From the human T2T-CHM13v2.0 reference genome, Homo sapiens: 64,000 nucleotides of DNA. The stretch lies in the NCBI RefSeq assembly GCF_009914755.1, contig NC_060936.1. The stretch is one strand, 5' to 3'. Below the pieces are notes generated by a model. The model searched no databases, was not told where the DNA came from, and saw only the letters and a list, made by a program, of their open reading frames with translations. Both the position numbers and the translations under genes were made by a program. This document shows, in pieces, positions 1-14,860 of this stretch. Every line of letters begins with the position of its first letter. Position 1 is the stretch's first letter.

Positions 1-930
1 GAGAGGACTCCAGTTTCTCCATGTCCTTGCCAATATTTGTTATTGTCTGTCTTCTTGATTGTAGCCATCCCAGCCATCTTAAAGGGTGTGAAGTAGTTTC
101 TCAGTGTGGTGTTTTTTTTGTTTGTTTGTTTTAAACGGGGTCTTGTTCTGTCACCCAGCCTGGAGTGCAGTGCAGTGGAGTGCAGAGGCAGCTCACTGCA
201 GCCTCAAACTCCTGGGCTCAAGTGATCCTCCCACCTCAGCCTCTTGAGTAGCTAGGATTACAGGCACACACCACCACACTCAGCTAATTTTTGTTTTTCA
301 CTACACTACGTGATGTGGTTTTTTGTTTTGTTTTGTTTTGTTTTTGTTTTTTGAAGAGCTGGGGTTTCACCATATTTCCCAGGCTGGTCTCGAACACCTG
401 GATTCAAGCAGTCCTCTCACCTCAGCCTCCCAAAATGCTGGGATTACAGGTGTGAGCTACCGGGTTTAGCCTCAGTGTGGTTTTGATATGCATTTCCCCA
501 ATGGAAAATGGTGTTGAGCATCTTTTCATCTGCCTAATAGCCATTTCTTATTCTTTTGATACATTATTTTTGAGTAGCCTTCCAGAAAGGTCATACGCAT
601 ATATCTTCTTGTCACCAGTGGTGCCAGCACTGGGTATTATTTTAAAAACCTTTGCCACCTTCTGGATGAAAAGTGGTTATCTTATCCTAAGTGTGACCAT
701 TTCTCTTTGTTAAAAGTTGAGATATGATTCATATACCATAAAATTCACTTGTTTAAATTGTACAATGCATTGGCTTTTAGTATATTTAAACAATTGTGCA
801 ATGATCACCACTATCTAATCCAGAACATTTCTATCACCCTAGAAAAAAACCTTGGAGCAGTCAGTCCCCAAACTCCCTGCCTCCAGCCCGTGGCAACCAC
901 TGATCTTTCTGTCCCCGTGGATTTCGACTG
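1..930 (-). mobile_element. Old L1 (L1M-type) 3' fragments interrupted by an Alu (~112-470)
   Basis: L1-like phrases (gttttgatatgcattt, gagcatcttttcat, cataaaattcac); Alu bounded by TSD ctcagtgtggt at 100-110 and 471-481. Confidence 0.75.
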
Positions 931-1459
931 TTTCTCTTCTGTTCCTTGGTCATACACATTTCTTGTGATTTATCAGGCTATTTACTCAGCATGTTTGTCT
1001 CCTGCACTGCTTGCCTTTTTCTTGATTTGTGAACACTACACGGCACGGATATTAGCTCTGTCCCATGTTGCAAATATTTCCCTGGTTTCCGATTTGACTT
1101 TTCAATTTTGTTCCTGCATTTCTTGACCTATGGGGGTTTGCAAGTTCCAGGCAGTAAAATCCAGTGATCTTCGCCTTTATGGTTTTATTCTTTGCTTTTT
1201 TACCTTAGAAAGGCCTTTCCCCACCCAGGATCAGATAAATAATTATTTAGGTTTTATTCTAGTTCTGTCTTGGTTTCCTTTTTCACTTTTAATTATTTAA
1301 TCCAGCTGGCTTTTGTTATGGGTGGCTGGTGTGATTTCCTGTTGTTTTGTGATGTCAGTGAGAGGCTGTGTGTCAAGGCCTGTGACATGGTAAACGTTCA
1401 GTAAACAGGAGCTAAAATGATAGTAATGAGAGTCCGTGCCGGGTGGAGCTCAGAAGGAC

Positions 1460-1585
1460 ATGGGATTCCCGGTGCTGTGCCGTGGCTGGAGGAGGACCTG
1501 GCCTGGCTGTGCCAGTTGGCTGGGAGCCCCTCCACCCCAGAAGCCCTTGCTCTCACCTCTTCTTCTGAATCATCGTTCTTCGAAG
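1460..1585 (+). CDS. SH2B3: Probable alternative first coding exon of SH2B3 (short isoform; 42 aa MGFPVLC...NHRSSK), GC-type donor
   Basis: ATG at 1460; 42 codons end at AAG|GCAGGC in phase 0, matching the phase-0 acceptor of exon 3. 42+331 aa = 373 aa, matching my recollection of a short SH2B3 isoform (to be verified). Confidence 0.6.
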
Positions 1586-1924
1586 GCAGGCAGTAGCTAC
1601 CGTTGTCTGGGGCTTTGGGGATCTTGGTGGTGATGAGTCCCCTCTCCTCTGGTGCACTCTCCCCACCCGAGACGGGCGACAGAGGTTTTTTGTTGTTTCT
1701 TAACCACATCTTTTTCCACCCACACCCGGTGCAGAGCAGATGCTTGGCCGGGGCTTCCCCGAGCTGGTCCTGGCTTTGTGGCAGGGGGATGGGCCGTCGG
1801 TGCCCCATTCAAGCCTGGGGACCTGGCCCCACTGGTGTGTGCTACAGTAGACCCAGCCCTGGGGCCCCATGATACCCTCGGTGATCGTCACAGATGCGGG
1901 GCCTGGCTACAGTCCTCACTGGTG

Positions 1925-2215
<291 letters not shown>

Positions 2216-3629
2216 CAGGGAGCCAGGCTTGCCCCCTCCCTGCCAAGGGAGCTGCTTGCTCTCCCTTCTGTCTGGAGGCCAGCACAGCCTGGCACTCGTG
2301 GTTTGGGGCGTCCATGGCCTTGTGGTGGCGAGGCGCAGAAGGCGTCACCTGAAAAAGGTGTGGCCAAGGGCAGGGGTGCTGGGCTTAGCCAGGCTGGCCA
2401 CAGTGGGGGCAGGAAGGATTCCTATGGGGACAGCTGGGAGCAGGATGTGGTCGTGCGAGGCGTGGGCTGACGGCAGCTGGCATGCAGCAGGGGAGGTGTG
2501 CTGGGACCAGGCCTGGAGTGGGGTCTGGTGGCCCTGCCGTGTATGGAGCTGAGTGCCGCCCAGAGATGCCATCTTGTCCTCAGAAGTGGCTCAGGCCTGC
2601 TGGGGACAGGGCAGGTGGATGGAAGCTGCTGCATGCCCTGTGCCATGTGCTGGTCCGCTGGCTGTCACTGCAGCGCAGCTCCCGGTGCCTGACAGTTGTT
2701 TGTCCTTATTTGGCACTTGAGAGCCCAGCGGTTTGGCCAGAATGGTGCCCTGTGCGGAGGGCACAGCTTGAGTGAAGGTGTGGAGGGAAAAGGCCCTGGG
2801 GGTGTGGCTCCCCTCCTTCCATCCTGCTCCTTGCAAGGCCCATCCCAGGACATTCCTCCTAGCCAGGTGGGCTGGATGGGGCCTGGACTTCCTGTCCATG
2901 TTTTGGGATGAGAGCGCTGGGGAAGGTGCCCACTGCGGGGTAGGGAGTGTAGGGCTTTCCAGGCATCATCCCTCATAAGCCACTGTCCCCAGGCCTTGCG
3001 CATAGCCCCACCATAGCCGACTCGAGAGTAGAAGCGTCCCACCATCCTCACAGCAGGCTGCAGGGGCCATGTGTAACTGGCCCCTCCACCCTTGGCCACC
3101 TGGTGGAGTCGGCACCCATATCTGAGGAGGGGACCATGTTGCTGCTGGGGACTCTGGGCTGGTCTGGAAGCAGGTGTGGTGGGGGCTGTCTTTCCCTGTG
3201 TGAAGGTCTTCCTCTGGGTGTCTGTCGCTGTAGGGAGGCCACTCTAGCATCTGAAAGGGGCTCTGTGTCCTTGCCATCATGATTCTGTCTTGGGGGTGGT
3301 TGCTGTCTCTCTGAGAGGGGGCTTTGTGTCTGTGTCCCTGTGATTCTCTGACATGCAGGAGGACCATGATGGGAACTGAGGGGAATTCACTCTGGGTGGG
3401 GTTTTAGACAGGTCCCCAAGTCCTGTCTGTCCCAGCATCTCTGGCTAATCACTTCCCCCGCCCCCCTCCCGCCACACACATACACGGGAAAAGCAGGCTG
3501 GTGTGTGTCCTGTTGCCCACACCACACTCAGTCACTCAGTGTGAGCTGGGGTGCCACCTGCCTGGAGGGGGGATCTGACTCTGAACAGGGATTCTGTATT
3601 TGGGGGTGTCACACTCACCATGTCTGTCT

Positions 3630-4548
3630 CTGCCTCTACCATCTGACTGGGAGAATTCCTCTCAGGGTTGGGGTGGGCACCAAGCCTTGCTCCCAGTAGG
3701 GGCCCAGCCCTGGGTTGGGCCCAGAGGAGGTGCTTGGAGGGTTTACTGGGTGACGGATGGATGAGCACTTGGGTAGGGGCCTGGGACCCCCAAAGCCCTC
3801 AGATGTCTGGGAAATAGGGGGATGTTCTGGCTGGGGAGGTTTCTGTTTCTGGCATTGGGGGGCTCTTGCCAGGAAAGGGCTTTTCTGGCAGCCATGTGGC
3901 TTTTCTGGAAGCTTCTCCCTTCTCTTTCCTCCTCCCCTGTGGGGAAAGGGCACCTGAGGCAGCAGGGTGCAGACCAAGGGGGGATCTGGCCCATAATGAA
4001 CAGGGTGGTGGGGGTCTAGGAGCCGCTGCCCTGTGGACTGGGCCCACTGGGCATTCAGGGCAGCAGGCAGGCTCACTTGCAGAAGTCCAAGGAGTGGGTT
4101 CCATTATCATCCCCATTTTACAGGTGAGGAAACTGAAGCACAGCAGGCCAAAGTAATTTGCTCAGGGCCCTGCATTTGAAGGGTCTGTGAAGGAGGGGCC
4201 AGGCTTGGGGTCCTGGTGGGGGGCATAGCAGAGAAGCGCCCTGTGGCCTGTAGTTCCCACACTGATTCAGTCGCTGGAACTGGCTCATTGCCTTCAGTTT
4301 GCCCCCCAAGGAGCTTGGGAAAAGGGGGCTGAGATCACCCATCACACCCCATACCTCCCTCTGCTTCCCAGGCACTTGAGAGCTTGGGGGTCCCAGGTAC
4401 CTACCCAAGTGCTCATCCATCCATCCACCCGGCAAACCCTCCAAGTACCTCCTCTGGGCCTGCCCCAGGGCTGGGCCTCAGCTGGCAGCAAGGTTTGGTG
4501 CCCACCCCAACCCCAAGAGGAACTCTCCCAGTCAGATGGTGGAGGCAG
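3630..4548. repeat. Non-Alu inverted repeat (arms ~3630-3822 and ~4352-4548) with a MIR fragment in the spacer
   Basis: Hand alignment of arm 1 to the reverse complement of arm 2, roughly 80-85% identity by eye. Confidence 0.9.
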
Positions 4549-5504
4549 TTGCGTCATCAGGAAACCATGGCCGGTTCGATAAGCTCAGTGCTGAGGGAGA
4601 GGCACAGGAATTGCACTAATCATGACTCAGTGGTCAGAGAAGGCTCCCTGGAGGAGAGGAGGTTTTCTCTGCTGGGACATGCAGTTTGGGTCAGGCAGGG
4701 CATCACAAATGCAGGGGCTGGGTGGCAGGGGAAGGTGTGGGCGGGAAGGCGGCTGGAGGGAGACCAGGTGTTGGGGGTGCTGGGGCTGGGGGTGGGCAGA
4801 TGAGGATTGGAGCCCTGGCTCAACTTCGCTATTCCCCATGGCTGGGGCACTGTGTGATTTTGCCTCCCAGAGTCTGTAGCATGGGGGCTCCTGATGGTGC
4901 CCTTGCGGGGAGGTCAGGGGGCTGACACACCTGAGCCTGCCTTTCAGCCTGCCCTCTTCCCTGGCCAGCTGGAGGGGCCTTGGGAGGCCCACCCCAGCCC
5001 TGAGAGCACTGGCTTGTAGCATCCCTATCACTCATGGTCTTCACTGGGGTGGGGGATGGCAGTAGGGGCAATCATCCCCTATGCCCCCCGTTACCCAGCA
5101 CAAAGGATGCTTAGCCAGCAAAAGGCTTATGATGAATGTTGAGCACCCACCACCTAGCAGGCACTGGCTCGCGGCCAAGGACACCACGTGAGCAAAGCCA
5201 AGTCACGGCAGAGACCTGCATCAAGGAATGCGCAAGACCAGCTCATAGGACAACAGGCAGGGAAGGAAGTGAAGGGGCTTTGCGGCTCAGGATTTAGATA
5301 CTGTGGTCAGGGAGGGCCTCCCTGAGGAGATGACACTTTGAAAAGCAGTCGTATTTGTGAAGCTGTGGGGGGAGCTGCCTCTCTGAGGGCACAGGCCCCG
5401 AGTGCACCTGGCACACTGAAGAAGAGTGGAGGCCAGTGTGGCTGGATCAGAGCGAGGGAGGGAGGCCCAAGAGGCTGAGGAGGTAACAAGGGTCTCTCAG
5501 ATGA

Positions 5505-6250
<746 letters not shown>

Positions 6251-7572
6251 CAGGGGAGTTTTGAGCAGAGGAGGGTAGGCTGGAGCAGCATCGTGGGGGT
6301 GGAAATAGCTAATTCTGGACAGACTTGGGCGTAGTCTGATGGGACAGATGGCAGTTTTTGATGCTGCCCAACTCCCAGAGGGCCCAGGTGTCACACTGTT
6401 TTCCAGCCTGGCTCCTCTCTCCTCACTGGGGGCTCCTTGTGAATACCCCTTTCCCCCAGCAGTTGTCTGGGACTGGAATCCTGGCTGCTCAGCTCCCAGC
6501 ATCCACCACTTTCTGCCTTTGAGGGATGGGCCGTGCCTCCCCTCCTGCACATCTTCTGTGGCTCCCTGGCATCTGGGGGGAAGATGGGGGACAGAGGCCT
6601 CCCTGCCCAGCTCTCTTGACCTCCCTCAGACCCCAGCCAGCTCAGACGCCGGTGGGTTTCAGATCCACCCAGGTCCCATGTTAAAATGCAGATTCCAAAC
6701 TCCCTTCCAGATGTCCTGTGCCAGAAGGTCATAGAAGCACCCTGTGCTGTGTTCCCTCCCCCTTGGAGGTCTCTTGAGCCTTCTCATCTGTGAAGTAGGT
6801 GAAGGCACAGGAGGGCCACGTGAGGCTCACACACACTGCTCCTTGCACGGAGCTGGCCCGGGGCAGGGTGGTGAGGCTTCTCCTTCATAAATCTCACTGT
6901 CCATGATGCCCAGGATTGTCCTTTGCTCTGGAACCATGACGTCCTACTTGGTTTCGTCGTGTCCTTGATGGTGTGACGCCCATTTCTGTGACTTCCTCTT
7001 GGAAAACTTTTTGAAAAATGTTGCCGGCCTGTGAATTCCACAATCTGGAAACTGCTGGTGGGCCACCCAGGCTCCAATGCCTGGCACACAGCAGATGCTC
7101 ACTAAAGGGTGGTGTGGGGTCTGTGAGCGTCATTTCCAGCCACAGTCAAGCCCCTGTTGTCTTCTAGCCTGGGGCTGTGCCTTCTGCCCTCTGGGTGTTG
7201 GCTCTTGCTATTCCCTTAACCTCCAGTGCCTTTTTCTCCACCATCCCCACTTCGGAGAATATTCAGCAAACGCTACTGCTCCTTTCTCTGTGCTGGGCCA
7301 AGACCGAAAGATGGAAAAGGAAGAGGGAGGCCTTCTTGAGCCTCTGGTGCATGGGAGCAGGGGAGTGACAACTCAGGAGGGCTGCCCAGGGAGGGGCCTT
7401 CTTGCTCCCAAGTCTCTCTTAAGGCTGAGCTCCTAAGGCCCTGTGCTCCTCCCTGCCTTACCATTCCCCTGAGATCCTTCCATACCCTCTGGGAGCTCTG
7501 TTGCACACACTATGCTCATATTCTCAGGGAAGGGTAGTGGCATTATTATCCCACCTTAGAAAATGCAGACTC

Positions 7573-7937
7573 TTGCTTGAGCCCAGGAGGTCAAGGCTGC
7601 AGTGAGCTAGTTTATACTCTATCCTGGGCAACAGAGAGGGACCCTGCCTCAAAAACAAAATACACACATACACACACGTGGAGACTCATTTTGGGAGGCC
7701 GAGGCAGAAGGATCACTTGAGCCAGGAGTTTGAGACCAGCCTGGACAACATAGCGAGATCCTATCTCTATCTCTACAAAAAAATAATCAGCCACATGTGG
7801 TGGCATGTGTCTGTAATCCCAGCTACCTGGGAGGCCAAGGCAGGAGGCTCACTTGAGCCCCCAGGAGTTTGAGGCTGCAGTGAGCCAGCCTGGGCCACAG
7901 AGCAAGACCCTATCTCTTAAAAAAAAAAAAAAAAAAT
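7573..7937 (+). mobile_element. Old Alu pieces inserted in a MIR
   Basis: Alu arms with A tail; MIR core resumes at gaaactgaggct. Confidence 0.85.
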
Positions 7938-8385
7938 TGGAAACTGAGGCTAGGAGAGGTGAGTCACTTACCTATGGAAGAGAAGGCAGAGTTGGGACTC
8001 AAGCACAGGACTAAGTGTCCCAAACCTCAGGGTGGTGGAGTTGCTGCATGGTTCTGTAGCCCTGAGGGATTTCTGGGCAGGATACTGGATGGCTTTTAGC
8101 AACTAGGCTCAGTCTTGATGCTGCCCACCCCAGAGAATGGCTGAGACGCACCACGTTTAAGGAGAGTTTGCGAGGTGAGGACCTTCCTCACCTCAATCCC
8201 ATATTACCTTGGGATGGTAATAAGGTCTATGAAATAGGTCAAAGTCTGGGTAATGCATGGGTTTAATAGGTTTCTCTGCTGCAGGACTTCTCAGAGTCTT
8301 TAATGGAGCTAAGCAGCAGCATTCTCTTTCCACAAATGACTGTCCTCTCTCGGAGAATCCTTTGCATTGGCTGCCAGGAAGCTGA

Positions 8386-8622
<237 letters not shown>

Positions 8623-10438
8623 TAACTTTTTGATACTAGACAGTAAGCTTGGATTAAGTATTTTCCATAATAATGCTCATTCATCCATCCCGGCAGCATC
8701 CACTTCAGGTTCTGGGCTGGGGTGAGGGATCAGCCATCCAGGACAGGATCTGGAATTTGCTCTGCGCCTTTTCAGACCCCCTCCCTCTCCTCCTCCAGTA
8801 AGAAGGTCAACAGGACCTGCTTACGGGCCCCCTATTACTGAAAGCAAACTGAACCTCCAGTTAGTGTCCTGCCCAAGGTTTCAAAGGTAAGTAAGTGGTA
8901 GAGCTAGGGCTCTTCTAACCACCTGCAGAGCTAGGCCCAGGCTGCCAGATGCCTCCTTGAGGGCATAGGTGTGGCAGAGGCGTGGCTGGTGCTGGAGGGT
9001 CGACTGAGGCCTGTCCCACTGCTGCTGTACACCGATGAATGTGGGCTCAAAGGCTCTGGGGAAGGTAAGACCACCAGGGAGCTAGTGTGGCCTGGGGGTT
9101 CCCGGGGGTGGGCGGTCTCTCCCCAAGGCTGGTCTGGGCCAAGCCCTTGCTGCTGGGGTGTGTCAGATGCTGCCCTGTGTCCTGCCCTCCAGCGTCCCAG
9201 GAGGAGGGGGACAGCCAGCAGGCCTGCTCCTGTTAAGAGCTTCCCCACCTTAGAAAAAGCTCAAGCTGATTCCCACAGCCTTGAAGCCCCATGGTGGCTT
9301 CTGGGGGCTGCTGTGGCAGGCTCACCTGTGCCTCTTCCTGCTCTCTCACCAGGGGAGGCCATGCCATCAGCCTTGCTCTCCACGTAGGTGTGGTCACGCC
9401 ACCAGAGCTCTGGCCTTTGACTGGTGTGTCCAGCCCTGCCCTGCCCCGACTTGCCTGTCTCTGCTGGATGCCTGAGGGCAAAGCCAGTAACAGACCCCAC
9501 TCAAGCTGGTTATGAGGACCTGGCAGGGTGGGGTGTGGCCCAGTACCTCGGAAGACTCTAGAAGGACCATCCTGGCCCTATAAATGTTTGTGCCAAGACA
9601 GGTCCCCTGTCCCTCAGCACACAGAAGGGGCAGTAGGTAGCAAGACAGTTTCCAGGTAACAGCATGAGGGCAAGTGAGGCCTAGAGAGGAAGGGTCTGTT
9701 GCCTCCAGCCCGTCACATTCCCTCCAGGCGGGCTGAACAGCCAGGTGGGATAAAGAGGGATCCTCAGGTAGGCGGGAGTCAGGGAGAGCTGCGTGACCCC
9801 ACGAGGCTGGTGTTTCATCTTCACTTCTCAGATGACGGGACTGTGGCTCAGAGACCTTTGCAGGGGGACTGATCACAGCACAGGGCCATTTGAAGGGAGC
9901 CTGGAACTGCATTTCCATGTGGACCCTGGGTGGATCTGGAACCAGGCTGGCTTTCCTAGCTCCCCCGCCCTTTGGCTCCCTTATGTTCTTAGCCTTCTTT
10001 TCACAACAAACTCAGAAGCAGCCAAGTAGTTGGTTGTGTTGTCTACAGTTGCACTGAAGCACGTTTTATTTCGGCTAAGTGACAGTCCTTTGTTGTCCCT
10101 GTCTTGTAATTAGTTAGGGTAGTATGTTGGTTATATTACGTGGAATTTATTGCAGGATGGTAAGGGAGCATGTGACAAAATGGGGCAATAGTTCTGTAAG
10201 GCTGAGAGAAGCTGGGGGTGTACCCAGTGGCTAGGCTACTCAGAGGGGACTGTCATGCTGTCAGTAGTGTAGTGGGAGCCAAGCAGGCTTTACTCACCGG
10301 CCTGTTAACAGCTGTGCGAGTCATGCCTTTCGCTTGTGTTAGCTCACCTTGTGAAAAAATGAGCTGAATTACAGATGACAACTAAGGCATGGAGAGCCGA
10401 ACCCTTTGTCCAGGGTTGTATAGGAAGTGGCAGGGTCA

Positions 10439-10868
<430 letters not shown>

Positions 10869-13310
10869 CTACGTCTTTGACTTTGAGATTCCTAGCAGCC
10901 AGAGCAAAGAAAGAAATAGATTATTCCCACTGGAGCCACAGTGGCCATAACAAACAGAAGCCATCTGTTTAGATGCTGGGAATGGAGAAGACTTGCTCCC
11001 CAGAAATAGACGCTGCAGGATGTGGTGGGTGACAGTCTACTGTTCAAACCACAAATACCTGAAATGATCTGGCCACTTTGATCACCCAACCACAGTAGAG
11101 CCTAAGCAGGTCCAGGGAGCAGCTGTTGCTGGCCTGGCTTGACTTTTGAGGGAGGTGGAATAGCGGGCATGTGAGAGGAGGGAACCTAAAGCCCCCACAG
11201 CTGCTGACACAGCCCCCAGGTTTGAGCTTGTCTCCCCTCTCACCCATCCCCCCATATAGCTTAATCTGATGGGCATCTGGTGGTCCTTCCCTGCAGTGGC
11301 CAGAGCCTGAGCTGTCCAGGCTGAGGTTTCGACTGAAGCAGGGGTTGTCCTGCGCCCATGTGCCCACACGCTGCAACCTGGCTGGAGCCTCTGGCATAGG
11401 ACACCCATACCACCAGGTAGCTGTGGCGGACCCCGGCTCTGATACTTGGCAGGCTTGGGTTGAGATTGTGGCTCTAGGCCTGGGCGGCTCTCAAGGGCTG
11501 CTGTGGGGAGTTGGGGAAGAACCCCTGGGTTGTGCTCAGCCAGCAGGCAGGTGGCAGCCAGGCTGGCTGTGGGTGAGGAGGGGAATCCTCTTTTCACCAC
11601 TGCCTGCCTGCTCAGCAGTTCTTCAGCTGCTGGGGGTGGAGCTGGCTTGCAGGGGCCAGAGTCAGAGTGAAACCGGCAGCTCTGCTGGTTAATCTCAGCA
11701 CTGACACTGGGGACTAGGCCTGGAGCGGAACTGAAAGGGAGACTAGGCCCGTTCCCCTCCAGGCCTGGCCTATATCCTCCCAGTGATCCTTAAGGCCTGC
11801 AGCTAGGGGGAAGGGTGGGGGCCAGGCAGGGCCAACTGGAAAAGTAGCAGAAGGAAGTGGCCACTCGCACCTTACCCATCTTGCAGACAGGAAATGAAGG
11901 CTCTGCAGGGCTGGCTGGCTGTAAAAATGGGCAAGAGCGCAGAGGCCCCACTCCCTGCACACTGCGCTGTGTCCAGTGCCCGTGTGGATGCCATGTGAGG
12001 CCTCACTCTGCCTGCCTCATCCTGGCTGCTGGACCTCTGGGAGTAGGAGGTGAAAATGCCCTGGCTGGTGCTGGTCACTTCAGGCTGGAATTTTCTAGTC
12101 ATGCAGCTTTCTAGTGAGAGGCCGCAGTGAGCTGTGGCCAGTGTTGGTCATTCCTGCAGTCATTACTCTCCCCCAGCCTGTTGTGTCCGCCAACCAGAGC
12201 AGGCCCGGGAGCTCCCAGGAGACCTGCTGGAAGGGCCCAGGTGGCCATCCTGCTCCTGCCAGGCTGCCCTCTTACCTCACTGTTCATTGACTCTCCTGCA
12301 GGTGGGGAAGGGGGATAAAGGAGGTGGCCAGGCCACTGGGTCATGATCCTTCCGACAGAGGTACCTGGCAGCTCTGTGTGTAAAGCAAGGTTAAGCATCT
12401 GGTTTTGGGGGTCAATTCAACAGCACTAGCAGCTCCAGTCCAAGGTATGCCCTTTTGGGCTGAGGTGGAGGTCAGATCACCTGAAGCCACAGTTGCTAGA
12501 ACATCCTTTGGGCTGCCTCTGCTTTCCATCCCCCTGCTCCCAGTTTGTTAGGGGTTGTAGTATTTTCCAGGAACACCTGAATGGAGGGGGCCCAGTGGGG
12601 CCACTTCTGTCCATTCCTTATCTCATCTCTTTCTCCCCTTTTCTTCTTTCGGCCATCTTTTCAGTCTTATCACAAGAGGAAGGGGAGGGGCAAACCCCCT
12701 CCTGAGCAGATTCCCAACCGGAAGCAGCTGGCTCCTTGGCTGCAGAGTGCCCCAGCACAGGAAGCATCTGCAGGGTCAGTTGAGACCTGGGAGCAGGTTT
12801 CCTGCTGGCAAAGGAACAGTGGCTAACTCCTATCCACCCTGCAGCCCTATGTGCCGGGTGTCCTGGGAAGGTCCAGGGCCAAGATTTTGTGGTTTTACAG
12901 TGGCTATAACTTAGGCTAGCCATGCTAGGCTCTGCCCCTTTGGGCTTGGTGTGATGAGACCGTCAGCAGCTGCTATCACCTGGCTGGGCAGGGAGCTGTT
13001 TGCTCACCAGTGGGAAGAGAAACGGATGTCAGACACATGGCAGAGTGGGAATGTCTCCAAGTCCAGGTCCAATGGGCTGGGAGGGCTGGCCTTCTGCCAG
13101 CACATGCTTCTTGGGATCTCAGTGTGAATGGTGTTCAGGAGGCTAGGGGAAGGCACCCTGGACCTCACTACAGGCTCAGAGCCTGCCCAGCAACACCATG
13201 GATACTCTCTCTAAAAGGGGGACTCCTGGGGAGACTATAGACAAACTCAGGCCTGGCTGGAAGAAAGAGCATCAGGAACAAGCCTTGAGTACCCCAACTT
13301 GGTCTCGTAG

Positions 13311-13412
13311 AGTTCAAGGCCCAAGCTACAAGCAGCTTGCTCCAGCATCCAGGAGGTCCGGCGGTGCACACGGCTTGAGATGCCTGACAACCTTTACACC
13401 TTTGTGCTGAAG
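13311..13412 (+). CDS. SH2B3: SH2B3 exon 3 (PH domain; [34 protein letters not shown])
   Basis: cgtag| acceptor, |gtgagt donor, 102 nt; recognisable LNK sequence, codon 262 at 13362-13364. Confidence 0.97.
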
Positions 13413-13499
13413 GTGAGTGACAAGGCTTTTCACACCCTGGGGCAATACAAATACATACACATACAGCAGACCCAACCCTGTTCCCTTCCTCCCTGCCAG

Positions 13500-13591
13500 G
13501 TGAAGGACCGGACAGACATCATCTTTGAGGTGGGAGACGAGCAGCAGCTGAATTCATGGATGGCTGAGCTCTCGGAGTGCACAGGCCGAGG
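13500..13591 (+). CDS. SH2B3: SH2B3 exon 4 ([31 protein letters not shown])
   Basis: ccag| ... GG|gtgagg, 92 nt; PH C-terminal helix with conserved Trp. Confidence 0.97.
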
Positions 13592-13644
13592 GTGAGGTCC
13601 TGGGCCCTCGTCCCTGGCACCACCTTTGCTGCTACCACCCCTGA

Positions 13645-13782
<138 letters not shown>

Positions 13783-13887
13783 TAAACCAATAGCTAGGCC
13801 ATTGTCTTCTGGGTACGCTGGAACCCAGACTCAGCCCAGGACATAAGGTAGCCCCCTGCGACCACCATCACCCATCTTATCTAACAG

Positions 13888-14102
13888 GTGCTTCTCCTGG
13901 GGGGCTGCTGGACCCGGCCTGCCAGAAGACGGACCATTTCCTGTCCTGCTACCCCTGGTTCCACGGCCCCATCTCCAGAGTGAAAGCAGCTCAGCTGGTT
14001 CAGCTGCAGGGCCCTGATGCTCATGGAGTGTTCCTGGTGCGGCAGAGCGAGACGCGGCGTGGGGAATACGTGCTCACTTTCAACTTTCAGGGGATAGCCA
14101 AG
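13888..14102 (+). CDS. SH2B3: SH2B3 exon 6 (SH2 N-half: [10 protein letters not shown]...GVFLVRQSE)
   Basis: ctaacag| ... AAG|gtatgg, 215 nt; WFHG and FLVR SH2 signatures. Confidence 0.98.
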
Positions 14103-14105
14103 GTA

Positions 14106-14130
14106 TGGGGTGGGGTGGGGTGGGGTGGGG
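14106..14130 (+). repeat. (TGGGG)5 G-quadruplex-forming repeat at the start of SH2B3 intron 6
   Basis: Five GGGG runs with 1-nt loops starting at intron position +4. Confidence 0.9.
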
Positions 14131-14213
14131 CAGGCAGGACCGTGCCACCCCTCTCCACTGGAGTTCAGGGTCCTAGAGGGACAGCCCGAGCCCACCATCC
14201 TCTCCTCCCACAG

Positions 14214-14385
14214 CACCTGCGCCTGTCGCTGACAGAGCGGGGCCAGTGCCGTGTGCAGCACCTCCACTTTCCCTCGGTCGTGGACATGCTCCACCACTTC
14301 CAGCGCTCGCCCATCCCACTCGAGTGCGGCGCCGCCTGTGATGTCCGGCTCTCCAGCTACGTGGTAGTCGTCTCCCAACCACCAG
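14214..14385 (+). CDS. SH2B3: SH2B3 exon 7 (SH2 C-half: [19 protein letters not shown]...)
   Basis: cacag| ... CAG|gtctga, 172 nt. Confidence 0.97.
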
Positions 14386-14509
14386 GTCTGACCCTACTGC
14401 CCTTTGCTGAAGGGGGTGGCTGACACTGGGTAGAGGGTAGAGGCTTGCTGCAGACCCAGGGGTACAGGTATCTTGTTCTGTGTCCTGTCAGCACTTGCCT
14501 CAAGACTGA

Positions 14510-14860
<351 letters not shown>

